A stretch of DNA of 64,000 nt from Bacteroidota bacterium (GTDB lineage Bacteria; Bacteroidota; Bacteroidia; Chitinophagales; Chitinophagaceae), in NCBI GenBank assembly GCA_030706635.1, contig JAUZOD010000012.1:15477-79476 (forward strand), in the 5' to 3' direction. The notes below the pieces were generated by a model. That model was not told where the DNA came from. It was given only the letters and a program-made list of their open reading frames with translations, and did no database searches. A program made the translations under genes and the position numbers. This document shows positions 46,515 to 55,711 of the stretch, piece by piece. The first letter of the stretch is position 1. Each line of letters starts with the position of its first letter.

Positions 46515-47414
46515 TTACACCCAGATAAACGCCTCCCCGCTGGGCACATGCGTGATTTTCAAATCCGGAACTTTCGGTTGCAGCCATTGAACCAGCCATT
46601 CCATTCCAGGTTCTTCGCTGAGGCAATGCCCGAGGATGATCAGGGATATGGGTTTGCCAAAACGCTGAGCATCGCGGATGTATTCTGGTGTTTCCCATTC
46701 ACTGCTTTCGCCCACAATAAGCAAATCCGTTCCGGATCTCTCCACGGAGCCCACTTGGCGTTGACCGCCTGCAGCGCCGGGTAACAGCGTGACCTGACTA
46801 CAGGATGCGGATAAATTGCCGACCACGCGAAGATGCGGAATGCCCAATGTTTTTTTCAGATGATCCGCCACCTTGCCAAGGGTTGTAGCGGGGATTTGAA
46901 AATTTACATTTTCAGGGCTCGCGTATTGAAGCCAGCCGGTCTTGAGCAACACGCCGTGTAGAATGCCATCCGGCTTCATGCGATGCCAGTAGTCGTGAAA
47001 ACGCCAGACCGTTATCCGGTGCTTTTGAAGCAGCTCCTGTTTTTGTCTTACTACCTGGTTGTTCTCAACCCAGTTGGTATCGTCTGTGTGGTTGTAAAAA
47101 GTAGGTTCGTGGGCAATGATGAAATTCGCGTTTAATGCTGCGGCTTCCTCAATCACTTTCACCGTTGCAAACATGGTAGTAACAACTCCCGTGACCACCT
47201 GATCGTCGCTTCCGCTTTTAATGGTATCTACCGTGGAAGGCAATTTTCCTCCGGGAACTTCCTTCACGATCAGATCAATGATTTCAGCCACGGTGAAGGA
47301 TTTCGCCGGGTGCATATTTTGTATGGCCGGTACCACCAGCAATCCTGCTGTTCCTGCTTTTACGATACCTTCCAGGAAATCCCTGCGTTTATATGTTCTG
47401 CTTTTTTTTTCCAT
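46515..47414 (-). CDS. Nif3-like dinuclear-metal-centre family protein with twin-arginine signal
   Basis: Tat motif YKRRDFLEG followed by a hydrophobic stretch. Nif3-like blocks are VVTGVVTTMFATVKVIEEAAALNANFIIAHEPTFY and LIILGHCLSEEPG. Confidence 0.65.
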   Translation of the reverse strand: MEKKSRTYKRRDFLEGIVKAGTAGLLVVPAIQNMHPAKSFTVAEIIDLIVKEVPGGKLPSTVDTIKSGSDDQVVTGVVTTMFATVKVIEEAAALNANFIIAHEPTFYNHTDDTNWVENNQVVRQKQELLQKHRITVWRFHDYWHRMKPDGILHGVLLKTGWLQYASPENVNFQIPATTLGKVADHLKKTLGIPHLRVVGNLSASCSQVTLLPGAAGGQRQVGSVERSGTDLLIVGESSEWETPEYIRDAQRFGKPISLIILGHCLSEEPGMEWLVQWLQPKVPDLKITHVPSGEAFIWV

Positions 47415-47923
47415 TAGTCAAATCCATTTTGCCAGCCTTCCTTTTTTAATTTTTCTACTTTTTCAAGCACTTCTTTTTCCAGTGATTTTTTAAAAGACTG
47501 GAGTTTAACCGAAATACTTTCATCAAAAGCGCCCAGTATACTCACGGCGAGTATCCCTGCGTTTTTTGCGCCGTTGAGTGCCACCGTTGCCACGGGCACC
47601 CCGGAGGGCATTTGCAGAATGCTTAAGATGGAATCCCACCCATCTATGGAATTGGAAGATTTGATGGGAACACCAATCACCGGAAGGGTAGTCAGGGAGG
47701 CCAGCATCCCTGGCAAATGGGCAGCGCCACCAGCCCCGGCAATGATCACTTTCAATCCCCTTTCCTTTGCTTTAAGGGCATAGTCTACCATGCGCAACGG
47801 CGTTCGGTGCGCGGAAACAATGCTGAGCTCAAAATCAATGCCGAATGCTTTGAGTACATCTGCAGCCGGTTGCATGGCAGGCAGGTCGCTGTCGCTTCCC
47901 ATAATAATGGCCACCTGTATCAT
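47414..47923 (-). CDS. purE: 5-(carboxyamino)imidazole ribonucleotide mutase
   Basis: Contains [12 protein letters not shown] and [11 protein letters not shown]. Confidence 0.95.
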   Translation of the reverse strand: MIQVAIIMGSDSDLPAMQPAADVLKAFGIDFELSIVSAHRTPLRMVDYALKAKERGLKVIIAGAGGAAHLPGMLASLTTLPVIGVPIKSSNSIDGWDSILSILQMPSGVPVATVALNGAKNAGILAVSILGAFDESISVKLQSFKKSLEKEVLEKVEKLKKEGWQNGFD

Positions 47924-47928
47924 ATTGT

Positions 47929-49062
47929 TTAAACGGGTTGTTTTGAGGTGATGCGCAATTTTTGTTTAATGGTTCTGGCCTTGTAAACAAGGTCGCTTTT
48001 ATCTGTGCTTAGGATCGTGACATGGCCCATCTTCCTGCCTGGTCTGGTTTCCTTCTTCCCATACAAATGAAGGAAGGCATTTTCCAGTTTCAGCACATCT
48101 TCAAGACCTTCATAGCAGGCTTCCCCGGATTGCCCTTCGCTGCCCACAAGATTTACCATGGCCGACGGCAGAATTTGTTTGGGATTTCCTAAGGGATAGT
48201 CCAGCATCACCCGCCACAACATATCGAACTGGGAACAATAATTGGCCTCAATGGTATGATGTCCGCTATTGTGTACCCGCGGTGCGGTTTCATTCACCAG
48301 GATGTCCCCGTTTTTATCAATGAATAATTCCACGGCGAAAATGCCCGGTGTTTTCAGGTCCTTCACCACTTTTAGGGCAATGGCTTCTATCCGCCAAAGG
48401 GACTGCTGCGGAATTTCTGCGGGGCTTAGCTGGTAGTCCAGCTGATTGTGCACAGGATCAAAGATCATTTCAGCAGCGGGGAAAATCGCTGTTTCTCCTT
48501 TGCGGTTCATGGCAATGATCTGGGATATTTCTTTATGGATATTTACTTTCCTTTCCAATATAGACGGAGCATCAAATCCCTTATGCAACTCTCCTGCATG
48601 TGACAGGATTTGTACACCACGGCCGTCATATCCTCCTGAACCCATTTTGTGCACCGCAGGTAAAAAGCCATCATGCTTTCTTAGTTCATCGCGATTTTGG
48701 GTAACGTAAAAAGGAGATGTGGGGATATCGTGTTCCTTATAAAATTGTTTCTGCAGAATCTTGTCTCTGATGATGCGCAGGGCGGATGGACTTGGATAAA
48801 CCCGGATGCCTTCCGATTCCAGTTTTTCCAGCGCTTCCACGTTCACCGATTCGATTTCGATGCTGATGCCATCAAGGCCTTTCCCAAACTGATAAACATC
48901 TTCAAAATTCCTTATGTCGCCCCGGGTGAACTGATGACACAAATGCGCAGCGGGGCATTCAGGGTCGCTCTCCATCACGTGGGTGATCACCGGATAGTTG
49001 GCCGCAGCCTGTAAAAGCATCCTTCCAAGCTGACCGCCTCCTAAAATTCCGATTTTGAGCAT
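47929..49062 (-). CDS. purK: 5-(carboxyamino)imidazole ribonucleotide synthase
   Basis: I take the start at [16 protein letters not shown]; the track ORF extends to 49092. ATP-grasp architecture. Confidence 0.92.
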   Translation of the reverse strand: MLKIGILGGGQLGRMLLQAAANYPVITHVMESDPECPAAHLCHQFTRGDIRNFEDVYQFGKGLDGISIEIESVNVEALEKLESEGIRVYPSPSALRIIRDKILQKQFYKEHDIPTSPFYVTQNRDELRKHDGFLPAVHKMGSGGYDGRGVQILSHAGELHKGFDAPSILERKVNIHKEISQIIAMNRKGETAIFPAAEMIFDPVHNQLDYQLSPAEIPQQSLWRIEAIALKVVKDLKTPGIFAVELFIDKNGDILVNETAPRVHNSGHHTIEANYCSQFDMLWRVMLDYPLGNPKQILPSAMVNLVGSEGQSGEACYEGLEDVLKLENAFLHLYGKKETRPGRKMGHVTILSTDKSDLVYKARTIKQKLRITSKQPV

Positions 49063-49192
49063 ATTCCCAATTATGGCGTGAAGATAAAACAATCTGGTTT
49101 TCGCCTGATAATTAACGTTTCAGACATAATAATATGGCTGAATCTTTGTTTTAATAGGTAACTTTATCCGCACCTGCGCATAAGCTATTGGC

Positions 49193-50386
49193 ATGATGAA
49201 AACCAGATTCTTAGCCCGTTTTATTCTTTTATTGGTTGCCTGCGCCTTCCTGTCGCCTGTTTTTTCCCAGACGTCGGCTTATTCTGTGCATTTCCTGGAT
49301 TATCAAAAATCGCTTCCCAAAGTAAGCGAAATGCTCCTCCGCAAGGAAGACACCCTGATGAAACAGTTCCATGCCAGGCAACTGACCTGGCCGGCCCGTT
49401 ATGTTTATATCCGCTCCTTCAAATACGACAGTGAGATGGAGGTATGGGTAAAGAACAAACAATCCGATAAATTCAAATTATTCAAGACCTATAAAATTTG
49501 CGCGCTGGCAGGATCCCTGGGTCCGAAAAGAATGGCCGGTGATTACCAGGTGCCGGAAGGGTTTTATTGCATCAATGAATTCAATCCCAAAAGTCAATAC
49601 CATTTGTCGCTTGGTTTGAATTATCCCAATGCCTCCGATAAGTTATTATGCGATCTGTCGCAGCCCGGCGGAAATATTTATATTCATGGAAGCTGCGTAA
49701 CCACAGGATGTATACCCATCACCGACGGGCAGATAGAAGAACTTTATGTGCTGGCTGCTTATGCGAAGGATCTGGGTCAGGATTTTATCCCGGTCCATAT
49801 TTTTCCGGTCAATTTCAATAATCCCCGCAGTGTTGCCTATCTCAATAAATTCCTGCAGCAGTTTGGGGAATATACGGCTTTTGAAAAGAGCATGCGGAAT
49901 GCTTTCTATTATTTTGAAGAAAATCGCCAGATTCCGCCCGTTGTTGTAAATGATAAGGGGGAGTACGTTATCGCGGATGTGGCTGCGCCGGCTTCAGTGG
50001 AACCTAAGTCTGATATGTCCCGGGTTTCAAAAAAACTTTCTCATCCGGAACAACCCATTTCGGATGAAGCACTTTCTAAAAGCGTCGATAAACTGCCATT
50101 GTATCCCGGAGGGAATGATGCCTATAAAACCTTCATCGACAAGCTGAGTGCCAGTATGGTGAAGGAACTTGATCCGGGCCAGAGCAAAGCCTTTGTACTG
50201 GTGGAATACATCATTGATGAAAATGGAAAAACCATTTATGCCAACGCCATCAGCGGGGGCAATGAACAGATGAATCAGAAGATAGAGGATGCATTCACTG
50301 CCATGGGCTTGTGGACGCCTGCTGTTCGTCAGGGCAAGAATGTTCCCATCAAGTTGAAACAAACCCTTATGGTTGAAGCTCAGTAA
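49193..50386 (+). CDS. L,D-transpeptidase (YkuD) family protein with C-terminal TonB-C-like domain
   Basis: It has a signal peptide. The YkuD catalytic motif is IYIHGSCVTTGCIPI. The C-terminal roughly 90 aa (LPLYPGGNDAYKTFI...) look like a TonB C-terminal-type domain. Confidence 0.7.
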   Translation: MMKTRFLARFILLLVACAFLSPVFSQTSAYSVHFLDYQKSLPKVSEMLLRKEDTLMKQFHARQLTWPARYVYIRSFKYDSEMEVWVKNKQSDKFKLFKTYKICALAGSLGPKRMAGDYQVPEGFYCINEFNPKSQYHLSLGLNYPNASDKLLCDLSQPGGNIYIHGSCVTTGCIPITDGQIEELYVLAAYAKDLGQDFIPVHIFPVNFNNPRSVAYLNKFLQQFGEYTAFEKSMRNAFYYFEENRQIPPVVVNDKGEYVIADVAAPASVEPKSDMSRVSKKLSHPEQPISDEALSKSVDKLPLYPGGNDAYKTFIDKLSASMVKELDPGQSKAFVLVEYIIDENGKTIYANAISGGNEQMNQKIEDAFTAMGLWTPAVRQGKNVPIKLKQTLMVEAQ

Positions 50387-51650
50387 AACCGCGTATCAGC
50401 GTTTGAACTGTTCCCAGGGACCATTGCTGCAATACAATCTCTTTCCCGTTGATCAGTGTCTGCACAATTTCCGGCTGATAATGCCTTATGGTGAGTAAAG
50501 TCAATCCTTTTTCTACGGATATATCAAAAATAACGCCTGCTTCCAGAACCAGTTTTTCGATTTTTTCCGGATCGTGATCAACGCATACCTGTAAAATCAC
50601 GGCGCCGGTCTGCATTAGATTTGCCTGAACATGCTGTGCGGAAAGTATGCTGTACAGGCGGGCAGCGCCTTCTTCTCCTACAAAAGAGAAATCTCTGGAT
50701 CGCAGATGGATCAGGGTCTGGTCTTTTTTAAGTACAATGATGGGCGGGAGATGCCGGACATGCCTTGAATGAATACGCGTACCCGGTAATGCCGGCTCGA
50801 GAAAGCATTTTACCAGTAGAGGAATGTTTTTATTTTGAAGGGGTTTTATCGTTTTCGGATGGATAACCTGCGCCCCGTAAAAAGCCATTTCAATTACCTC
50901 GTCGTAGTCCAGTTCCCGAATAAACCGGGCGTCCGGAAAAACTTTTGGATCTGCATTCATTATACCCTCTACATCTTTCCATATTGTTATGCTGTCTGCA
51001 TTCAGGAGATTGGCAAAAATGGCGGCGGAATAATCGCTGCCTTCCCGGCCCAGCGTAGTGCTTTCGTTGGAATCCGTTGCACCGATAAATCCCTGGGTTA
51101 AAATGATATTCGTTTCACGAAAAAAAGGTTCCACTTTTTCCCTTACGTTGATTTCGGTTTTGTGCCATTCCAGATTGGCGGACCTGAACTGATCATCCGT
51201 TGCAAAAACATCCCGTACGTCCAGCCATTGATTGAATATCCCCGTTTCATTTAAAAAATCGCTGATGATGGAGCTGGATAGCAGTTCTCCGAGGCAAACA
51301 ATCTGATCATAGTAGTAATCAAACCCACGTGTGGGTTTGTCGAGCAGCAACCATTCGATCTCCGTGAAAATATCCTGCAGGCGCGAGTGAAGATCCGGAC
51401 GACCTCCTGGCAGCAGACTTTCTGCCTTATTCAGGTGGTCTTTTTTTATGTCTGCAAAAAGCGTCATGGATTTTTCTGCATCCCCGGAATAAAAGCTCTG
51501 TGCTACGGCCTCCAGTGCATTGGTTGTTTTACCCATCGCAGAGACCACGATCAGCAATTTTTCGTCCGGGTAAACACGAAGTATACCGGGGAGACTGCGG
51601 ACCCTTTCTGTGCTGTTGACGCTGGCGCCGCCAAATTTGAAAACTTTCAT
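50367..51650 (-). CDS. lysC: aspartate kinase
   Basis: N-terminus MKVFKFGGASV, and C-terminal ACT-like regions. Confidence 0.9.
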   Translation of the reverse strand: MKVFKFGGASVNSTERVRSLPGILRVYPDEKLLIVVSAMGKTTNALEAVAQSFYSGDAEKSMTLFADIKKDHLNKAESLLPGGRPDLHSRLQDIFTEIEWLLLDKPTRGFDYYYDQIVCLGELLSSSIISDFLNETGIFNQWLDVRDVFATDDQFRSANLEWHKTEINVREKVEPFFRETNIILTQGFIGATDSNESTTLGREGSDYSAAIFANLLNADSITIWKDVEGIMNADPKVFPDARFIRELDYDEVIEMAFYGAQVIHPKTIKPLQNKNIPLLVKCFLEPALPGTRIHSRHVRHLPPIIVLKKDQTLIHLRSRDFSFVGEEGAARLYSILSAQHVQANLMQTGAVILQVCVDHDPEKIEKLVLEAGVIFDISVEKGLTLLTIRHYQPEIVQTLINGKEIVLQQWSLGTVQTLIRGFTELQP

Positions 51651-51676
51651 GGGAGGCCGATTTTTAGAACCGGACG

Positions 51677-51684
51677 CAAAGATA
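51677..51684 (-). promoter_or_regulatory. putative -7 box for lysC
   Basis: Minus strand TATCTTTG, 27 nt upstream of the ATG. Confidence 0.4.
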
Positions 51685-51782
51685 AAGGGACCGGAACAGG
51701 ATCGTGATAACTATGTTAAAAACCTCAGGCTCTTTCGGCTGCTCCGTCAATTATTTGTATTTTAAACGCATATTCCATCCAC

Positions 51783-52271
51783 ATGATCTTTAATATCCCT
51801 AAACTTTCACTACTCGTTTTTGGCTTCGTTCCGCTGCATGCAGAACAGCTTAAATCAATTCATCCGGCGAGGGAAGCGGTTGTTTTTCTGTCGCCCGATT
51901 CTATGGAAGCGGATATATTAAATTACGTGAATGAGGATCGTGAGCAGCACGGCCTCGCTTCTCTCAAAATGAATGCGGTGGAATCAGCCATAGCGGAAAA
52001 ACACAGTAGAGATATGGCCAATGGTAAAGTGCCTTTCGGGCATACCGGACTGAACGCAAGGGCGAAAGCCATCCGGAAGGAATTGGGCGAAATCAGTTCT
52101 GTGGGTGAGAACGTTGCGTCGGGACCCATGACTGCCCGGGAGGTAGTAGATGGATGGTTAAACAGCCCCGGTCATAAACGCAATATAGAAGGGGATTTTA
52201 CCCTCACCGGCATTGGTTACGCGCGGGATAAAAAGGGAAATATCTTCTTTACCCAGATTTTTTCCAGGTAA
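51783..52271 (+). CDS. CAP (SCP/PR-1-like) domain protein
   Basis: Contains GENVASGPMTAREVVDGWLNSPGHKRNI. Confidence 0.85.
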   Translation: MIFNIPKLSLLVFGFVPLHAEQLKSIHPAREAVVFLSPDSMEADILNYVNEDREQHGLASLKMNAVESAIAEKHSRDMANGKVPFGHTGLNARAKAIRKELGEISSVGENVASGPMTAREVVDGWLNSPGHKRNIEGDFTLTGIGYARDKKGNIFFTQIFSR

Positions 52272-52321
52272 AACGGGTCGGCTCCATGCCTTTTAATGCG
52301 TGTGCCGTAACTTGCCCCATC

Positions 52322-53089
52322 ATGGAGAAAGAGGTTATTATCAAAATCGATCAGCTCACCAAAAAATATGGTGATTTTGAAGCCGTGAAAGGCATCAGCT
52401 TTGAAGTTTACCTGGGAGAGATTTTTGGTCTTCTCGGCCCTAACGGCGCCGGTAAATCCACCACCCTCGAAATCATTGAAACACTTCGCGCAAAAACTTC
52501 AGGAAAGGTTACGGTAGACGGCCTGGATCTGGACAGATCACCGGAAGATATTAAAAAGATCATCGGCGTTCAGTTGCAGACCTCCGGATATTATCCCAAT
52601 CTGAACCTGACGGAACTGCTGATGCTTTTCGGGGGACTCTATAATCAGAACATAAAACCTTCGGAATTTCTGGCGAAAGTAAACCTGACAGATAAAGCAA
52701 AAGCGAAATACAAGGAGCTGAGTGGCGGACAAAAACAACGCTTTTCCATTGCCACAACCTTGATCAATAAGCCCAAAATAATTTTTCTGGATGAACCGAC
52801 CACCGGGCTCGATCCGCAGGCCAGGAGAAATCTCTGGGACCTGATCCTGGAAATCCGCTCATCCGGCACCACGGTCATCATCACCACGCATTATATGGAT
52901 GAAGCCGAAGTGTTGTGCGACCGCGTGGCAATTATTGACTCGGGAAAGATCATTGCGATGGATTCCCCCGATAAACTCATCGATAAGCTGGTAGCCACTG
53001 GCTTTGAAAGACCCCGTGAAGTAAAAAAGGCTAATCTTGAAGACGTCTTCATTCAGCTGACCGGAAAGGCCTGGAGGGAAGACAGTTGA
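52322..53089 (+). CDS. ABC transporter ATP-binding protein (ABC-2/CcmA-like)
   Basis: I take the start at MEKEVIIKIDQLTKKYG. Motifs are Walker A GPNGAGKST, signature LSGGQKQR and Walker B IIFLDEPT. The last three codons and the TGA lie inside the class III repeat. Confidence 0.9.
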   Translation: MEKEVIIKIDQLTKKYGDFEAVKGISFEVYLGEIFGLLGPNGAGKSTTLEIIETLRAKTSGKVTVDGLDLDRSPEDIKKIIGVQLQTSGYYPNLNLTELLMLFGGLYNQNIKPSEFLAKVNLTDKAKAKYKELSGGQKQRFSIATTLINKPKIIFLDEPTTGLDPQARRNLWDLILEIRSSGTTVIITTHYMDEAEVLCDRVAIIDSGKIIAMDSPDKLIDKLVATGFERPREVKKANLEDVFIQLTGKAWREDS

Positions 53090-53298
53090 CAATGGACAGT
53101 GGACAGTGGACAATGGACAATGGACAGTTGACAATGGACAGTTGACAGTGGACAATGAATAGAGCAATTGAAAAAGATTAAATGTGTAAATTGAAAATAA
53201 TTTAAAACTAAAAGTAGTTGTATTGATCGTTTTTCATCCATTGTCCATTGTCAACTGTCCATTGTCAACTGTCAACTGTCAACTGTCCATTGTCCATT
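53081..53298. repeat. array palindrome, class III (GACARTK heptamer arms), largest copy
   Basis: The left arm is 11 heptamers (53081-53157: GACAGTT/GACAATG/GACAGTG). The core is about 81 nt and AT-rich. The right arm is 8.5 complementary heptamers (53239-53298: CATTGTC/AACTGTC). Confidence 0.9.
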
Positions 53299-53315
53299 AT
53301 TAACTCTTCATTAGA

Positions 53316-53840
53316 ATGAACGACCCCCGTTATCCCATAGGAAAATATCAGGCAAAAGATTTTGCTGAGGATCAGAAAAAGACATGGCTGGATGATATCC
53401 GCAGGCTTCCAGCGGATCTGGAAAATTCCATTCAGAACCTGGATGCCGCCCAACTGCAAAGCCCGTACCGCGATGGTGGGTGGACCATTCATCAGCTGGT
53501 GCATCATGTTGCGGACAGTCATATGAACGCTTATATCCGGTTTAAACTCGGACTTACGGAACAAACCCCCGTGGTAAAATCCTATGAAGAAAAACTGTGG
53601 GCGGAACTGCCCGATGTGCGGATTCTTCCCGTAAATATTTCCATTACGTTGTTATACGCATTACATACACGCTGGTACGAAGCAATAAAAAACCTGTCAG
53701 AAACGGAGTGGAACCGGACGGTCATCTATCCGTCAACCCAAAAGGAAACAACGCTTTGGTATTTGCTGGGTATGTACGCCTGGCATGGAAAACATCATGT
53801 GGCGCATATCCGTTCCTTTCGTGAAAAAAACGGGTTTTAA
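53316..53840 (+). CDS. DinB/YfiT family metal-dependent (putative bacillithiol) transferase
   Basis: Contains YPIGKYQAKDF...WTIHQLVHHVADSHMNAYIRFKL...WHGKHHVAHI. Confidence 0.85.
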   Translation: MNDPRYPIGKYQAKDFAEDQKKTWLDDIRRLPADLENSIQNLDAAQLQSPYRDGGWTIHQLVHHVADSHMNAYIRFKLGLTEQTPVVKSYEEKLWAELPDVRILPVNISITLLYALHTRWYEAIKNLSETEWNRTVIYPSTQKETTLWYLLGMYAWHGKHHVAHIRSFREKNGF

Positions 53841-53853
53841 ACGCAGTGTGCTT

Positions 53854-54405
53854 ATGAAAGACCTTCGCTGGAAAAAATTATCCTCTCAATATCTCTTGCG
53901 CGATACCTGGGGAACGGTACGAAAAGATATTTGCGAAACCCGCGAAGGGAAAATTATTGACCCTTACTATGTATACGAATTTCCGACCTGGGTTACGGCC
54001 GTAGCCGTAACGGCCGATAATAAAATAATTGTGGAGAGACAATACCGGTATGCGCTGGACTCAGTAAACTATGAAATTCCCGGGGGCTGTGTGGATGATA
54101 CGGATGTTTCGCTGGAAGCGGCCATTGCCCGTGAACTCATGGAAGAAACAGGCTACCGCTTCGATCACTATGAATATCTTGGGAAAACCTCAGCCAATCC
54201 TTCCACCAACAACAATTGGATGCACATGTTCCTGGCCACGGGAGGCCGGTATGAAAGAGAACAGCAGTTGGACCACAATGAAGAGATCGAGATATATCTT
54301 TTTTCTGTGGACGAAGTAAAAAAGATGCTGGCTGAAAATCAGATCATCCAGAGCATGCATGTAACTGCTCTGTTTTACGCGCTCGCTAAAATGCAATCTC
54401 TTTAA
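53854..54405 (+). CDS. NUDIX hydrolase
   Basis: I take the start at MKDLRWKKL. The Nudix box is GGCVDDTDVSLEAAIARELMEETG. Confidence 0.88.
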   Translation: MKDLRWKKLSSQYLLRDTWGTVRKDICETREGKIIDPYYVYEFPTWVTAVAVTADNKIIVERQYRYALDSVNYEIPGGCVDDTDVSLEAAIARELMEETGYRFDHYEYLGKTSANPSTNNNWMHMFLATGGRYEREQQLDHNEEIEIYLFSVDEVKKMLAENQIIQSMHVTALFYALAKMQSL

Positions 54406-55690
54406 TATTCACTTCTCCCGCAAGAAATACACTGCCGCAGACCAGGATCAGATCTTTTGGATGGGCATGATCTACGGCTGCCTGCAGAGCCTGTCGCACA
54501 TCTGGAAATGTTTTCCCTTTCAATCCAATGATTTCCGCCTTGGCTGCCAATTCTGATTCGGGGAGAGCCCTTGGAATCTGAGCCCTGGTAAAATAATAAT
54601 TTGCATGCTTCGGCAAATGGCGGAGAATATTCTCAATGGCTTTGTCTCTGACCATCCCCACAACCAAATGCAGGGTTTCATGAGAAGTTAGTTCAATTTG
54701 CTTGGCAATTTCCTTCATGCCTTCTTCATTATGACCTACATCAAGCACCAGTAGCGGGTCTTCATGCAGAATATCCCATCGCCCATGAAGTCCGGTTATT
54801 TTTTTTACATTTTGCAAACCCGTATGGATGGCGGATTCGGGGATTTCAAAACCACGCTGGTTCAGGATGGAAACGGCTTCCGCTACCGTGACTATATTTT
54901 TTGTTTGATAGATGCCGGGAAGATCCAGGCTGTAATACTTTTTTTCATTGGAATGTTTGTCCGTGAGTTCAATTTCAAGCCGGTGTCCGTTGAATTTCCA
55001 GTCTTCCACAAATCTCTTTCTGCTGGCAAAGCTGATGGGTGCCTGATTCAGTTGGGCTACCTGAATAAAAACCTCTTTTGTTTCCGCCTGTTCTTCCCCG
55101 ACGATCACCGGGATGCCCGGTTTGATGATGCCCGCCTTCTCATACGCAATTTTCTGCAGGGTATTTCCCAGCAGGTCCATATGGTCATAGCTGATGTTTG
55201 TAATTACAGAGAGTTCCGGTAAAATGATATTGGTGCTGTCCAGCCGGCCACCCAGCCCTACTTCGACAACTGCAATATCCACTGCCTGCTCTACAAACCA
55301 GTCGAAAGCCATGGCCACGGTAATTTCAAAAAAAGAAGGCTCGATAGATTCTATCGAAGACATCAGTTTTTCCGTAAAGCGGGTAACGAATGATTCCGGG
55401 ATCATTTGACCGTTTATCCGGATGCGTTCCCTGAAATCGTAAAGGTGGGGTGAAGTGTATAATCCCGTTTTATAACCGGCGCGCTGAAGGATGGCGGCCA
55501 GCATATGGCTGGTTGATCCTTTACCATTGGTTCCGGCAATATGAACTGATCTGAATTTTTTTTCCGGATGCTGGAGTAGTTTGCTGAGGGAAAGGATATT
55601 GCTCAGATCGCTTTTATAAGCCTGGGCGCCCGTTCTGCTGAACATGGGCAGACGGTTAAAAAGGTAGTCGATCGTTTGGAAATAATCCAT
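54386..55690 (-). CDS. folC: bifunctional folylpolyglutamate synthase / dihydrofolate synthase
   Basis: P-loop HIAGTNGKGST and Mur-ligase architecture. Confidence 0.92.
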   Translation of the reverse strand: MDYFQTIDYLFNRLPMFSRTGAQAYKSDLSNILSLSKLLQHPEKKFRSVHIAGTNGKGSTSHMLAAILQRAGYKTGLYTSPHLYDFRERIRINGQMIPESFVTRFTEKLMSSIESIEPSFFEITVAMAFDWFVEQAVDIAVVEVGLGGRLDSTNIILPELSVITNISYDHMDLLGNTLQKIAYEKAGIIKPGIPVIVGEEQAETKEVFIQVAQLNQAPISFASRKRFVEDWKFNGHRLEIELTDKHSNEKKYYSLDLPGIYQTKNIVTVAEAVSILNQRGFEIPESAIHTGLQNVKKITGLHGRWDILHEDPLLVLDVGHNEEGMKEIAKQIELTSHETLHLVVGMVRDKAIENILRHLPKHANYYFTRAQIPRALPESELAAKAEIIGLKGKTFPDVRQALQAAVDHAHPKDLILVCGSVFLAGEVNIKEIAF

Positions 55691-55711
55691 TGTAGCTCCG
55701 GATTGGAGAGA

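Noticed and set aside
51651-51782. Looked for a lysine riboswitch or leader upstream of lysC, and likewise for purine, THF or pantothenate-related leaders upstream of purK, folC and panB
   Set aside because: The spacers are short, with a predicted lysC leader of about 20 nt, and I could not recognise any conserved riboswitch cores.
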